64,000 nucleotides of DNA from contig NMRA01000144.1 in the NCBI GenBank assembly GCA_002633005.1, forward strand, positions 1-64,000, written 5' to 3'. The stretch's first letter is position 1. Each line of letters opens with the position of its first letter. Positions 49,651 through 62,400 of this stretch are shown one piece after another. Under the pieces are notes generated by a model. It did no database searches. It saw only the letters and a list, made by a program, of their open reading frames with translations, and was not told the DNA's origin. A program made the translations under genes and the position numbers. Source of the stretch: Phoronis australis (lineage: Eukaryota; Animalia; Phoronida).

Positions 49651-52600
49651 CTGGTTATTGAAAAATAACTCGTCGCTCATCAAACGTCGCACAATCCTTT
49701 TTCTGTCAGTCATGAACAAAAGCGAGGACATCTGATCACCTATAAAGGAACATAGACAAACAGCATTTTAAAATCACAGACAATGTGCACACGCTAATGA
49801 CGTGTTGTATTACATGAGTGTGTTTGAACGAGTTCTGATGAGTATACAATGTATGTGATCAATGGGAATTTCACTCTAACAACCGGTTGTTTACTCAGCT
49901 ATAACGTGTTTGCCGGCATGTGTTTTATTAAAATCTTACCATCCTCGCTAAGCGAAAGAATTAAATGGTGTATGTGGTGTGAAATTGAACACATGGTCAC
50001 GTGGTTGTTTTTTGATAGATAATGGATGACGGAACTCGTTTTGCTTCAGTTCGCATAGTTGCATGTATGTAGGTTCCCCTAACTCTGTGGTAAATGTTAA
50101 TGTCCATGTTTTCACGAGATATTTTTACAAAAATAAATTAATACTAGTTATGGCTCTGTATTTTCATTTGACTTCAGCACACTGAATATAGCCGGTCTAA
50201 TTTACCGAAGGGAATGTGTAACAATGACAGCAATTGTGTCGATGACGACGACAACGAAGATGATGGTGACGATGACATCAATGATGGCGGCGATGACAAA
50301 AATTTAATTTATGTAACAGCATTGATAAGGGACTACGGTTAATCTTATGCAATCGGTCATCTTGAAGTCTTGTTAAGGTTTTGTTTGTTTAGTTGCTGTA
50401 TCTATATGGGGAGTACATACGCCACGCATCAGAATCAACAAGCCAGTACACATACATGTACATGTAAGGCGCGCCTCACCTTGACTACCCCGCTATACGA
50501 TCACGGATCCAGCTTATGACAAAAACAAAGGTGCGCGGTCAGATTATTGAGATCTGTCTGTTTGTTGAACTCAGTGAAAAAAAATAGTCCGCTGCATTTC
50601 TTCTCTGTGAATGTCTAAAAACTCAGCTGCAAACCTCGATCACAGCTGTACGTAGTCACTCATCTTGGTTTTGTCATTGGTGCATGTGCTGTTGTGGTCC
50701 ATCGCAATGTACCCCATATCTGTTCGCAACCGACTCTCGTATTTCTAAACTTGTTTATGTTGCTATTCTTGCTAATTGCCATTTAGACACCGCTAGTCGA
50801 ACACTCAACAGCTCAAAAAAATTATACCTTTCGGATCCATGTACACACATCTAGATCGTCACATACACCAACACATAACATGTATTTAATGTGGCAGCTG
50901 ATCGTCTCGTACGCTGAAAACCTTTCACAAATCCTGACAGTGTTGTCAAAAAGTAGAAAATTAATTTGACTTACATAAAACATCCCATGTATACCCAGCA
51001 AACACGAACGTCTTTTCATCAAGGAAGCGATATCCTATGTAGTAAGTAACAGACCACACCGTAAACTCAACACCTTTTGTCGCCGATATTAGCGCACTGT
51101 CTGTTTACCCAACCGATGCATGGGTCAGATGACAAACAGATTGTTACTATTAGAGCCTAAGTGTCCAGCGCTTAGGGCTGTCATAAGGCTGTTTGTTTTT
51201 TCTATCAGTCTTGATCGAGAAATTTGCCTTCATCGCCATTGTTATCTAGAAACAGGTTTTCCGTCACTTACAAACTAGCAAACATGGTTTATGTGATCGT
51301 AACAAAGACTCTACAGTTACAGTGTGAGTTAAGAACAGAAAGCAGGCAAGATTCCCTGAAACTGATGATACCGACGTGATCAATAATACCTTGCTTTATT
51401 TTCGACAAATAACACTGAATAGGGATTAGCGTAATTCTTTCTTAGTAACAGTGTCTTTAATGTCACGTAGCGGGCAGTACTGGTTGTAAACTTGAAAGAG
51501 TACCAGTCATATAAACTACAAAAGAAACAAAGTATCCTGTAAGCAGGTTCTATAATTATTAGGTCTATTTGCATTCCGTGTACAGCATAGTAATTTGTTT
51601 CAATACTACTTCCTCGTAATTGAGGTATTATGTTCGGTCGCCACTGTATCCATGGATCATAGAATAATCGTATGATTTTAATCAAGACATACCTGAATGG
51701 CGCAAAAGGTTATTTTGTTGCTCCCTATAATAATGCGAGGGCCCATTAAATTGCAATCTCATGGCATTGAATTCCATCCTCTTTGCTGCTTTACGTATAC
51801 TTAAAACTCTATTAAACATCTATGATTTTGTAACGGTTAAACTAATTGTCTCGCTGCAGTCAAACTAGGTGAGTATAATTCATGACTTCGACCCGCTCAA
51901 TCGAGGCTACACCGCTATGGCTGCAAAGGAGGCGGTATTTAATTTCAATTTCATTTCCAAGTAAACAGTTTGTCCGTAACAATTTGTAACTTCCAAAAAC
52001 AAATCATGCTTGCCTTGGAAAATCATAGTTTTCAATTGGTTAACATAGTTAACATTTCAATATTATTTTAAAACTTCTGCCTTCGTTCTATTGACCATTA
52101 TTCGCTTGTCAATGCGATAATTTTTCAGCCAATACACAAGAAGACGCCTATGCGATTGTAGGGCGTGGATGGCCAGCGTTTTTAACATTTAATTGTAGTT
52201 AGTTATTTCGTTATTTATTTATTTTTATAATGATAAGTACAGTTATCAATTACAATAATATAATCCAGTTGATACGGATGTTCCCAACTGTGCCCATTGG
52301 AGAGGAAAGCTATGCAACATAAGATGAAAAATTTCAATGCCACTCAAATAATTAAAGTCCGAATTGTGAGAAGCGATTTTGGAGAGAAGATGATTTATCA
52401 GGTGATTATACAACTAGCAGACAAAAATGATAATGTTTTCAAAATCAGCAAGTGGCGTATTTTGTGTGCTGGGTTTTGAGTTCATGAATGGGTCACGTTT
52501 GAATACCATCACAAGTTTCAAATTGTCCTAGGTGCTGACTGGTCCCTTACGCGAACGTCCTTACAACCCGTTTATTTGCATTGGCACGACGTTTCGGCCG

Positions 52601-54498
52601 GTCATTTTCCCGGCAACATTCAGGTGATGCATCGTACTAAAAGAACAAGCAGCGGTGGGTACTTGGTGTACCAATGACGGTCAACGATGAGTAATTTTTA
52701 AAAGAAATTAGTGCACATTCCTTTAGCCGCACTGAACGCAGTTATGCCTGAAAATGGCAAGAGAAATTACCGACCTAAACGTCGTCCCGATATAACGGTG
52801 TAAAAAACCAATATATTTTAGAAATAATGATACTTCATCATGACTTCAAAGCGGTTTTCGGGGGTTACAACTTTAAATATCTCAACTTTGGTTCATTGCC
52901 TTTTGTTACGTCGATTTTACCTACATGTATATTGCAACATGTTCTTAGCCAATGCGGAGTACACCGCCACACAAATTCTAACAATGAATTCATTCCCAAC
53001 AGGCACTTGTTTTGCACCAGTGATTTTTTAAGGGTGCTTTTTTATTCTGTTTGTGGTCTAACTGAGTTGCAAGATGGTAGTATAGTAATACATGTAGTGC
53101 GGGCATTTTAAATCATCCGAGCGTACCGTCGACCACAGCCGAACAAGTGTATAAGTAGGTCACTTCTGTAAGTTTGAAAATTACAATAATTACACTTCCT
53201 CGATCACTTGATGCAAATAAACGTTAAATACCTTATTTTGCCCCGATCTCCCTTATATCATGAAGCGTTTCACGGGCGTCCTGTAGAGTCGTTCTGTCAG
53301 AGAGCTGGTTCAAGCCAGTGCCGCGACCAAGATGTGTGTGATGCGGTAGAACCTGAGATCGTGATTTGGAAAATCAGAAAGAACTCAGTAATGCAACAAC
53401 ACTATGTCACAAAAGAATGAACAGGAAACACCAAAGGCGTCATTTGGTTTATCTTTAATTTCAATTGATTTCATCAAAATCCTGAATATAACAGTGCATA
53501 CGTACAATGCACCGCCATAGAAAGGGTATGGCGCATAACATGGTGTTCAGTATTTATATGCTCCAGGCTTTATGTCATTGTGTAACCATGTACAGTTGTT
53601 GTGTAAACAAATATATGCATATATACAATAGTTCGCATTTATGATACGAACCGTCTCAATGTAATTGATTACGACATACGCTGTTCTGTTATAGTTTCAC
53701 TGAACAAAATGGCAATTTCTCCCGTACTATCCCCGATACATGTACCTTAACGTCAGATTTGCCTCTATTAACTTAATGAATTGGACAGAAATTACTGATT
53801 CTATCATTTTAAAAGGATCTGACTGAAACATCACCTGCTGTTAACGGTGAGAACGGTGTAATTGCCACCTGGTGCCATTACCGGTGTACCAGTGCTTCTT
53901 GTTCACAGTATCGGTTCATTAGATAAACTTAGGTGTTAACCATCATAATCAATGACATCGCAATGCAGTTTTTTACGCTTCTGTTAAGTCTGAAAAGGGG
54001 CTCCCTATGTACTTGAAATATTATCCTAGATGGTCTTTTTCTGCCACAATGGAAACTATCAAAAGGATTTGTTCCAGTGCCCGACCGGAACAAAAGATGG
54101 AGAGATACATGGTGCAGGTTTTTTTCTGGACAAAACTTTAGTATTCGTATTCCTCACACACTGGGTGGGCACGAGGAAGACGATGATGTGGTCAGTTTTA
54201 TGTTATTAAAAGATTAATAAGTCCATAAAATATGAGATAGCAGTGAAAATAACGCAAGGAATAAAATGCCCTGTTATTATTTTTGCTGGGTGAGAAAACA
54301 AAAGACTAGTAAAAAGATTGGCATTGTTTAGATGTTAAGAGTTGCTTTGTGACAACATCAAAATTGATGACGTGGCGCTGTAGCATCCCATTGCGGATTT
54401 CAAGGCAGGCGATGGTCAAGCTAATCAATAGCAACGGTTTTGATATGTTGCATATTAAACGTTTAGACGCGTAACAAGACTACTACTTCTTGGCTTAC

Positions 54499-54745
54499 CA
54501 TGCCAGCACACAGCCTAAAGCAAGGGGAGGGGCTCTAATTTTTGAGAATGTGAACCTTTTACTAAAATGGGGGGTACCTTCGCAGCTGTGAACTGTGCAT
54601 TCGCCCAATTTAAGTAGTTCCTACATTTTTAGTGGACTTTTGTCTCGTTTTCTACTTTTTCGTATTTTTGTTTCTCTGAGGCAGACCTTTTTGCCCACTT
54701 CGCCAAATGGGGGAGGTTCGTGCGAGTCACCCATGGGTGCGAATG
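54499..54745 (+). mobile_element. Diverged second copy of the 245-bp MITE, 5-bp TSD CTTAC/CTTAT
   Basis: CATGCCAGCACACAGCCT...GAGGCAGACCTTTTT.CC.ACTTCGCCAA.TGGGGG...TGGGTGCGAATG is colinear with 20872-21116. Confidence 0.75.
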
Positions 54746-56652
54746 CTTATTAGTTATGTTGTTTAAAAGCACTGGTCATAAGCTGGTAAATTCAAGAAAT
54801 CTCTCATTCAGCAGTAACCTCATAAAGTACTCGCCAATAATGCAACGTTCATCTTCGACGCTTGATCTTCGGCAGAATAGATATATATATATATACAAAA
54901 CGTACCGAGAGTGGCGTACATGAAGTAATATCCCACGAGACATTATTCCGTGGAATCGACATCGACCGAAGTTTGTATTTATCCCGTACGCTTCGAATTC
55001 CTGAGTTTTTTCATTTTTTCCGCAGATTTTTTTAATACTTAACTCAGACTGCATGTACTTGCGCGTTAGGTTGCGAGTTTTCTCTAGTAAAAGAAACAGT
55101 TTTAAATGTAACGATTTATTACTTGAAAAGAAATAACAGAGATGAAAACAACGGCAACTTTGCCCTGAACTTGTAACATCTCCTGAAAATATTTGAATAA
55201 CAATATTAGATATTGTGGTTACCGAGGAATCGGTGCCTGAGTTGCAGACGATATAATAACTAGCAAATGAAATCTGAGACAGAATGTCATATAAGTAAAA
55301 GTCCTGTTCCAGATGTTACGATTGAGTCAGACCTGATTGCTTGTTGAGTATATTTTACACTGCTACAATTGTATTACTTAAAACTATTTCCATGTCAAAG
55401 GTCAATGTTGAAGTAGTGCGGGAGGTGAATACGACGGAAAATTTATTACATGGCAGTATTTCCCTCCACAGAATCAGGGCGTATGGGATAAACCGATTTA
55501 CCAATGTACGTAACAAACACGTGTATGCCAGAACACTGTTTAGGTCACCTGCCTCTATAGTGCAATGGTAGACTGACTTCGATGGAGGGCATGCAAGCTA
55601 AATTTTGAATATTCGACCGTCAATTCAGCTAGAAATGGTAAAAAAAATAAAAATAGGCATGTTCTTTGGACCACCACTACACATTGTTCTTCTGTAAGAC
55701 TACTTAAAACCTATTTATTAGATCAAAATGCATTAATGGTGCTTGTATTTGTTTTTTTTTTTTACTGATGCGGTGATGCAGTATTTTACGTCGTTCACAA
55801 TTTCAAGAAGTCTTATTTTTACAGCTGATGGGCAGGTACCCTTATTTCCGTTTGGCCATCAACGCTACTTTTTGGTATCACGGGTCATATTTTACCAAGT
55901 GCCACCGGATATTATCTTTCAGGGGCAGGTTTGAAAGAGATTTACTTGCTGACTAGGCAAGTGGTCTTAGGTGAATTAGTTGGCGCAGTTACCAAACAAT
56001 GAAATGAACGCTGCGATTTTGTTTGAGCATGTTAATCAGTCTTTCTCACATTACCTGGAATGTGTTACGACACGACTGGTTCATAACACCGAATACGTAA
56101 CTTTTTTGATATTACATGGGCGAATCACAAAGTAGTGCAATATATTTTATCGTCTGCAAAACACTCAAAACAACCAAACGTGCGCCAACCAAACAATGCC
56201 GGAATTCCGTGACAAGGTTATGATTGAAAAATCTGTACGCATTCCCAGTCGGAAGGACATGCAAACATTTTTTTCAAACGGACCCATCTTCGGCGATGAA
56301 TCCACGATCATTCAAACGGAGACGAGCCCCAACTCAAGAAATGAGGCGAGACTGTCTAGCTGTGCTTCCTCAAGATCAACTCGGTGCTCACGCGCGGGGA
56401 CGCCTTGCTGACTGTTATTGATCAACAATTTTTTAAGTTTTAATGTTACACCTTCAAAGACTATTTATTAGATTCTAACTTGAACTTTTCCTACGAAAGC
56501 TGAATGCAATTTAAAATAAAACTATCAACAAAAAGTAACAGAATTACTTTACATTGCGCAAGCGTGTTGAAAGTTTTAGGCACTTCGAGTTTTTCAGCAA
56601 AAAAATATTGTTTTTACGGTTCATGTGCGAAAACAAACCCTACACTCGTCTC

Positions 56653-56749
56653 AGATTTATGACATGGGCGACACCTCTTGGAAATTTCGTTAAATTCCTC
56701 GGCAGATTTTGACGAAATTTCCAAGAGGTTTTGCCCTTGTCATAAATCT
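56653..56749. repeat. 97-bp near-perfect hairpin/palindrome
   Basis: AGATTTATGACATGGGCGACACCTCTTGGAAATTTCGT pairs with ACGAAATTTCCAAGAGGTTTTGCCCTTGTCATAAATCT. Confidence 0.88.
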
Positions 56750-56869
56750 ATATGTAGGCTATGCTGGATCATGAAACTTATTCAAATCGTATTTTATAGT
56801 GGCAGTTGTTTGTAAATATTATCATCTCGCAAAAGTTGCACGAGGTGGGACGCTGTGCCACCAGTAATG

Positions 56870-57270
56870 GCCTGCAGCCCTGATTTATGTCCATTCAACT
56901 TCAATGGATGCCGAGTCCAAGAATGGGCAATTGACATGTTGACATGGCTTCAACTGATAACACAGCCTCGCCAGTTTGGTATAGAGGGCATCACCTGCTG
57001 GAGAATGGCTTCTGACTTAGAAATTTCATCAACAACAATGACCGTCCACCGCAAAATGACTAGTGTCTTCTGAAGACTTGACTCTTTTAAAGCGAGTTCA
57101 CTAGCGAGTTAGTCAGGCCTCTTAACAGTTGTGCAGTGCTATTGCGATATAGTAAGACGGTGTCTCACACTGCAAGGTTGTAAAATGGTTGCACAAGATG
57201 CCGTTGGGTCGTTGGTGGAAAAGTGCATCGATGGGTGGGCATGTCACCGTTTCTTGGTAGATCTACCCGA
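56870..57270 (-). pseudogene. Decayed PIF1-family helicase fragment (probable Helitron relic)
   Basis: Minus strand reads LQKTLVILRWTVIVVDEIS (PIF1 motif II-like). After a frameshift it reads AGDALYTKLARLCYQLKPCQHVNCPF, resembling the segment before PFGG. Stops and frameshifts are present and motif I is not clearly recognisable. Confidence 0.4.
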
Positions 57271-58136
57271 TATCATCCAGGGATGCTTGGAAAGAGGGAA
57301 AATGAAAGCAGATTAACATCAGTGTTCCTGAAAAACACGTTACGATTGCACAAAACAGCCAACGACATGCGTATTAGTCAAGTAGTTCAGTTGTCAACTT
57401 TTTCAATGCATTTTAGAGGCGTCACGTCTGTTCAATTTCCTTCGGAGATTTGGGTTCAAACTCCTCAACAAATACATCGGCAATTTGTTGTACATGTACT
57501 CAGGCAACGGCGAACACCACTCCTCAGGTGTGAAATGTGCTATATTACTCTGCTTTATGATCGTCAGGTGGCGTGACGTGCCACACGAATTCAGTAATTG
57601 CATTTTTCAAGGCAAGCTGACTAGTAAATTAGTTGTCGGTACTGAGACCTGGTCGTCTGTCGGCACGGTATCTCAGAGCACACTGTCCAGCTCTGCTTTG
57701 ATGACATGGTCTTCGTAATCACTGAAGCAGGTAAGCAGAAAGCGAGGTCGACATCTCTATGATGGAAACACGAACCAGAGAATAACTAAGAGGCAGTAAA
57801 CCTGATTGACCTCCTCCAAAAAACGCCAATATTTCTGACTACAAATTGTAAATGCAAAAAGCGTTTAAAGAGGAAATTCAGATCTTTACAATTTTAGTGG
57901 TAAAATGTCATGGGCTATATTCAGTATCATTTGATGTATATTATCTCAAAAATAATTGCTCTCATTTTTTCGTCTGCACGGAAATTTAACCAGCATGTCA
58001 TTCTTCACATCATTTTCACCATGATTGCTTTCATAGACACTACATTCCTCAAATATGTTAAAAAACCTCACTGGAATTCAGTAATGGGAACCAAAGGCAG
58101 CTTCCGTTGCACTAGACGTTTGCAATAATACTCCAA

Positions 58137-59044
58137 CAGCCGATTTCATAAAGGTGGTTTAACAAAACCAGGTTTTAGACTTAAACCTGGTCTTCCTACA
58201 CCTGGTCTACTTTTAGACCTGACTTGCATTTCACCAACATGGTTTAAGAGCGAGTCTGAAAGCCTGGTTTTGCTAGACCAGGGAGCTGGTTCAGTAAAAC
58301 CAGGGCCCGGTCTCCAATCTTTTTACTCGAAATGGAACTCGAAATTAGGTTTGGCATTTTCTACTCTACTTTTGGGCGAACTCAAAATAACTGTCTATTA
58401 TTCTATGCTCGAGTACACAATAACTTTCGTAGATAATTTATTGCCCATAGTTCACAGTTTGTAAACTCAATATTAAAGCAATAAGTTCGAGTTTGAACTC
58501 GAAATTTCGAGTTTTTACTCGAGTTTGTAGCACAAATATAAGGGTCTTCAAGGGCAAACTTGAACTAGAAACTCCTATGCAAAAACTATAATGTATTCGA
58601 GCACAGTCTGATAACCAATTATCTTAAGTTTGCACAAAAGGAGCAGAGAAATTGCCAAAAATAGTTTTGTGTTCGTTTCGAGTACAAAGATTAGAGACTG
58701 GGCCCAGGTTTAAAGTATCAAAGGCACCCCACTGTGTTGAGCTGGGTAAACCCAACAAAGAAACTATTAAAGTGCAAGTCTGACACATTTAACAGTTAAA
58801 CCTGGGTCTGACCAAGTCTAAAGTTAAACATGGTTTAAGATCTTAATACAGGTTTAAAGAATAAAGACCTCGTTGGTGAAATGAAAACTGACTTAGACCA
58901 GGTCTAAACTGGAGTTAAACCAAGTTTTACTAGACCACTGGTCTAAAAGTTAAAACACCTTCAGAAATGCAGATAATCTTTAAACCTGGTCTAAGTCCTG
59001 TTTAAACCAGGTTTAACTTTAAACTACCTTTATGGAATCGGCTG
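58137..59044. mobile_element. ~900-bp TIR element (PIF/Harbinger-like MITE) with AAACCAGGTTT-type internal palindromic repeats
   Basis: CAGCCGATTTCATAAAGGTGGTTTA ... TAAACTACCTTTATGGAATCGGCTG (23/25); flanks CAA/TAA. Confidence 0.85.
58304..58704. mobile_element. 401-bp MITE nested in 58137-59044, 3-bp TSD CAG (Harbinger-like)
   Basis: CAG|GGCCCGGTCTCCAATCTTTTTACTCGAAA...TTTCGAGTACAAAGATTAGAGACTGGGCC|CAG. Internal AACTCGAA/TTCGAGTT motifs. Confidence 0.87.
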
Positions 59045-59314
59045 TAAGTGTTTGTGGTTTTGAGGATATGTACGGAGCAGTTACGTCATACTCCATTAAA
59101 ACGGAATGTGTTTTGACGAGTTCATGCACGTACGGATCGAGTCAAATCAGATGCAACTTAATGAAAGTTATCTATGGGCCACGGATAGGAATGTAGGGAT
59201 GATGACCACAAACTGATTACGTAATGTTAAGTGGACTGAAGTCCACGGTTGTCACAGATAAGTCAAAACTACATGTATATGCATTGATGTTCGTGCAACG
59301 ACCAAATCAACAAC

Positions 59315-59405
59315 ATGGAATCAACGGTTCAGGAGAAAACGAAACGTTCGTTTTTTCTTATTGCAATCCTATTGGTGAATTATGGCGATGGATTTCTGTT
59401 CATAG
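59315..59405 (+). CDS. ShK gene exon 1 (putative signal peptide)
   Basis: caacATGG; MESTVQEKTKRSFFLIAILLVNYGDGFLFI+G |gtaaga; phase 1 matches the acceptor at 61058. Confidence 0.72.
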
Positions 59406-62400
59406 GTAAGATGCATTTTTACATTTAATGTGATGCCCTTGTTTTTGGTAAATTTTCCATGACATAAGTGTTCAAGACAAGCCACTAAAATGAGACCTTA
59501 AGACCTACAAAACATGCATGTCTAAGTAAATTAGAGGGAGCATTGCAATGAGATGTTATAATCATGTACAAGTAACGCTTTACTCAGGGTGAAATGGCGC
59601 ACCCGTAACTCACATCAGGATTCTTTTCCCAACTCAGTAGAGACATGCACAACGCCTCAATACCGTAGAGATTTCGTTATTTTTTCTTGGTGAAAACAGC
59701 GGATCGAATTTGACAAGGCGAGTACTCTACTTAGCCGTATTTTCCCTTGTACATAAACATTGAGCCACTGTGTACGCCATTGTGAGAGTGTCAGAATATT
59801 TTGGTCAAAGAATCCCAATTGGTTCTTTCATCATATTTCTAATGGTGTGAAGTAGCATTACATGTAAATAACGAATTTATATTTTCACATGATTACATCT
59901 TTTTCTTCTCAAAACACCAACTGTATTTACATGTAGATATCATCTGACCCGTATTAGTAACTTAAGACAATTGGCGCTAGACGGGACTCATTACGAAGTA
60001 TATGTGAGAGGCAAGTTTTCGCAGGGAACACACAAGGGTCAGTGTTCATATTTGTAGTTTGCCCTAGATGAAAAGAAAAAACAAGTCTTTGAGTCCATAC
60101 ATTTAAAACCTTGATACCATTACAATTGCAAATTATTCCTACTGCCCTTCCTTTAGGCATCGACTGATGAGCGAAGCTGAGAAATAGGAAACTAAAAACT
60201 AACTTCAGTAATACTCTGAAAGTTTCTGTATCCAAACCGATCGGCTACATACATGTACATGTATTAGTGGCATAAATTTATTATCAACTGTTATATTTGG
60301 CATTTGCTCGTCATTTGAAGAGAAATTTTCATTTTATTATCGAGTCCTAATTGAGCACAAAGTAAAAATGGACTTGTTTACTCCACCACTCTAATGCACA
60401 CGAGCTACGCATGCTAAACTCGAAACCGTGGACTTGCATTTTCAATTGTCTCTAAAAAAATAGCTTAATGTGTATACCAGGGTACGTATATTATGTCACG
60501 AGAAAAAGGAACGAATTGCCCACGTACACCACTAACTGGATGCATGTTTGCGCCACAAGGGTACGAGATCTGGACATTATAGAATTGTATTATTTAATCC
60601 TAGCTTTTCACGTGTAGGCCTACGTGCCTTTCGCTATCAAGGAACCCAACACCGAAGGAGAGAGGTGCTGTTCAGTGTTCAGCAAACGAACGAATCAACT
60701 TCGCTTTTTGTATGTGACTCCCTCTGTTTAGTGCACTGCAGCTGTGAAGGCCATGGAGCAACAGTATAAAAGGAACAGTATCGGTATTACGGCTAAAAAT
60801 GCATTTTGGGGATTATCTGTGGACGGTGTAGACTTCTGGAAGGTTTTTGCTTCGACCAGAGTTACAGTACAATAAACCAATAAACGCTTTTGTGATTATG
60901 TTACAAATCATCCATTCTCGCCTTTGTCTGCTAGACTCGTGCGACGTTTGTTTCAGTCATGGGGGGGGGGNATTTTGTTGTGGAACAAACCAACAGACTG
61001 TACAATAGAGTTGGTAATCTAAGACCTGAAAGGTAGATCACAAATTTTCATTTGCAGGTTCGCGAGACCGGTATGGCTGTGAGGATAAAATTCGCGATGA
61101 CCCAAGACGCTGTGACAGTGGGTACTGGAAACAAAAGTGCGCGAAGTACTGCGACGCTACATGGTCTTCAACCAAATGTCAGGATAACCCAGTATTTGTA
61201 CCCTTGTGCAGAACATGGAAGAACAGAAACCAATGCTGGAAAAACTATGCCAAGAAACAATGTCCCATATCTTGCGATGCCTGCCAAGGACGAACCGCTA
61301 TTCCTCAGACAGTTGAAGATTGCAAAGACAAGTCACGATATTGCCAAAGCGACGTAGAGAAGGGTTGGTGCAAATATGTAACTGTTCAAACAAGATGCAG
61401 ATTATCCTGCAATATATGTCACGTGACATGTCGTGATCAAAGCGCACAATGCGAAACATATGCAAAAACATTTCAATGTCTGCGATCACGTATACGGGAC
61501 CAGTGTCCACTCTCTTGTGGAAGGTGTAACCCATCAAATCTCAAACACACAACAACCCGAACAAGCACATCCACTGCACAAAGCAGAACACCAACAACCA
61601 CAACAACACCCAAAACGACAACGCCAATAACCACACCACTACCAACAACAACAACCGGGAAAACAACTTCTAACAAGTCAACTCCAAAAACGGCAACAAT
61701 TTCAACCAAGTCAACGATAATAACAACCATAACCACTCCAGCAGTAACAACCACAAACACAGCAACAGCTTCGACCGCGCCAACAAGAGTAACAACCACT
61801 ACAAAAGCATCCACAACTTCACCAACAACTTTGACCTCGCCAACGAGGGTAACAACCACACCAAAAGCATCCACAATTACGCCAACAACTTCGACTACGT
61901 CAACAAGAGTAACAACTACAGCAAAAATATCCATAACAACACCAACAACTTCTACCGGGTCAAAACAGGTATCAACCACCTCAATGAAAACATCCACAAC
62001 TGTACCAATAACTTCAACCACGTCAGCCCCTTTAACAACGGTAACCAAACAAGCAAAAACAACCTTATTGATAACCGACACCGCAAAAACCAAAGGAGGC
62101 CTGCAAGTCATTACATCGTCATACACAAAGATTCCAATAAGCTCAACAACATCGGTAACCCAAAGCTCAACAGCAGAAACAAAACCGTTATCGCTTGCAA
62201 CTACGTCGAAACCAACCTATAGAACAAGTAAAGCAACAATACCTGCGTCCAACTCATCGTCAACGTTCTATTGCGCTGCCTGCGGCATTTCAGACGAAGG
62301 TTCTTGTGCAAATGAGCGCCAGACGTGCGGACCAAATGAACAGTACTGTATGAACACGCTTGTGGACAGAGATAACCGCCGGCAGATCACCAAGAGGTAG

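Noticed and set aside
53232-53352. Isolated minus-strand AG/GT-bounded segment (VLPHHTHLGRGTGLNQLSDRTTLQDARETLHDIREIGAK*)
   Set aside because: No partner exons or homology recognised. It could be chance or a UTR exon.
61473-62126. 217-aa Val-rich minus-strand ORF
   Set aside because: Antisense shadow of the Thr (ACN) codons in the mucin exon.
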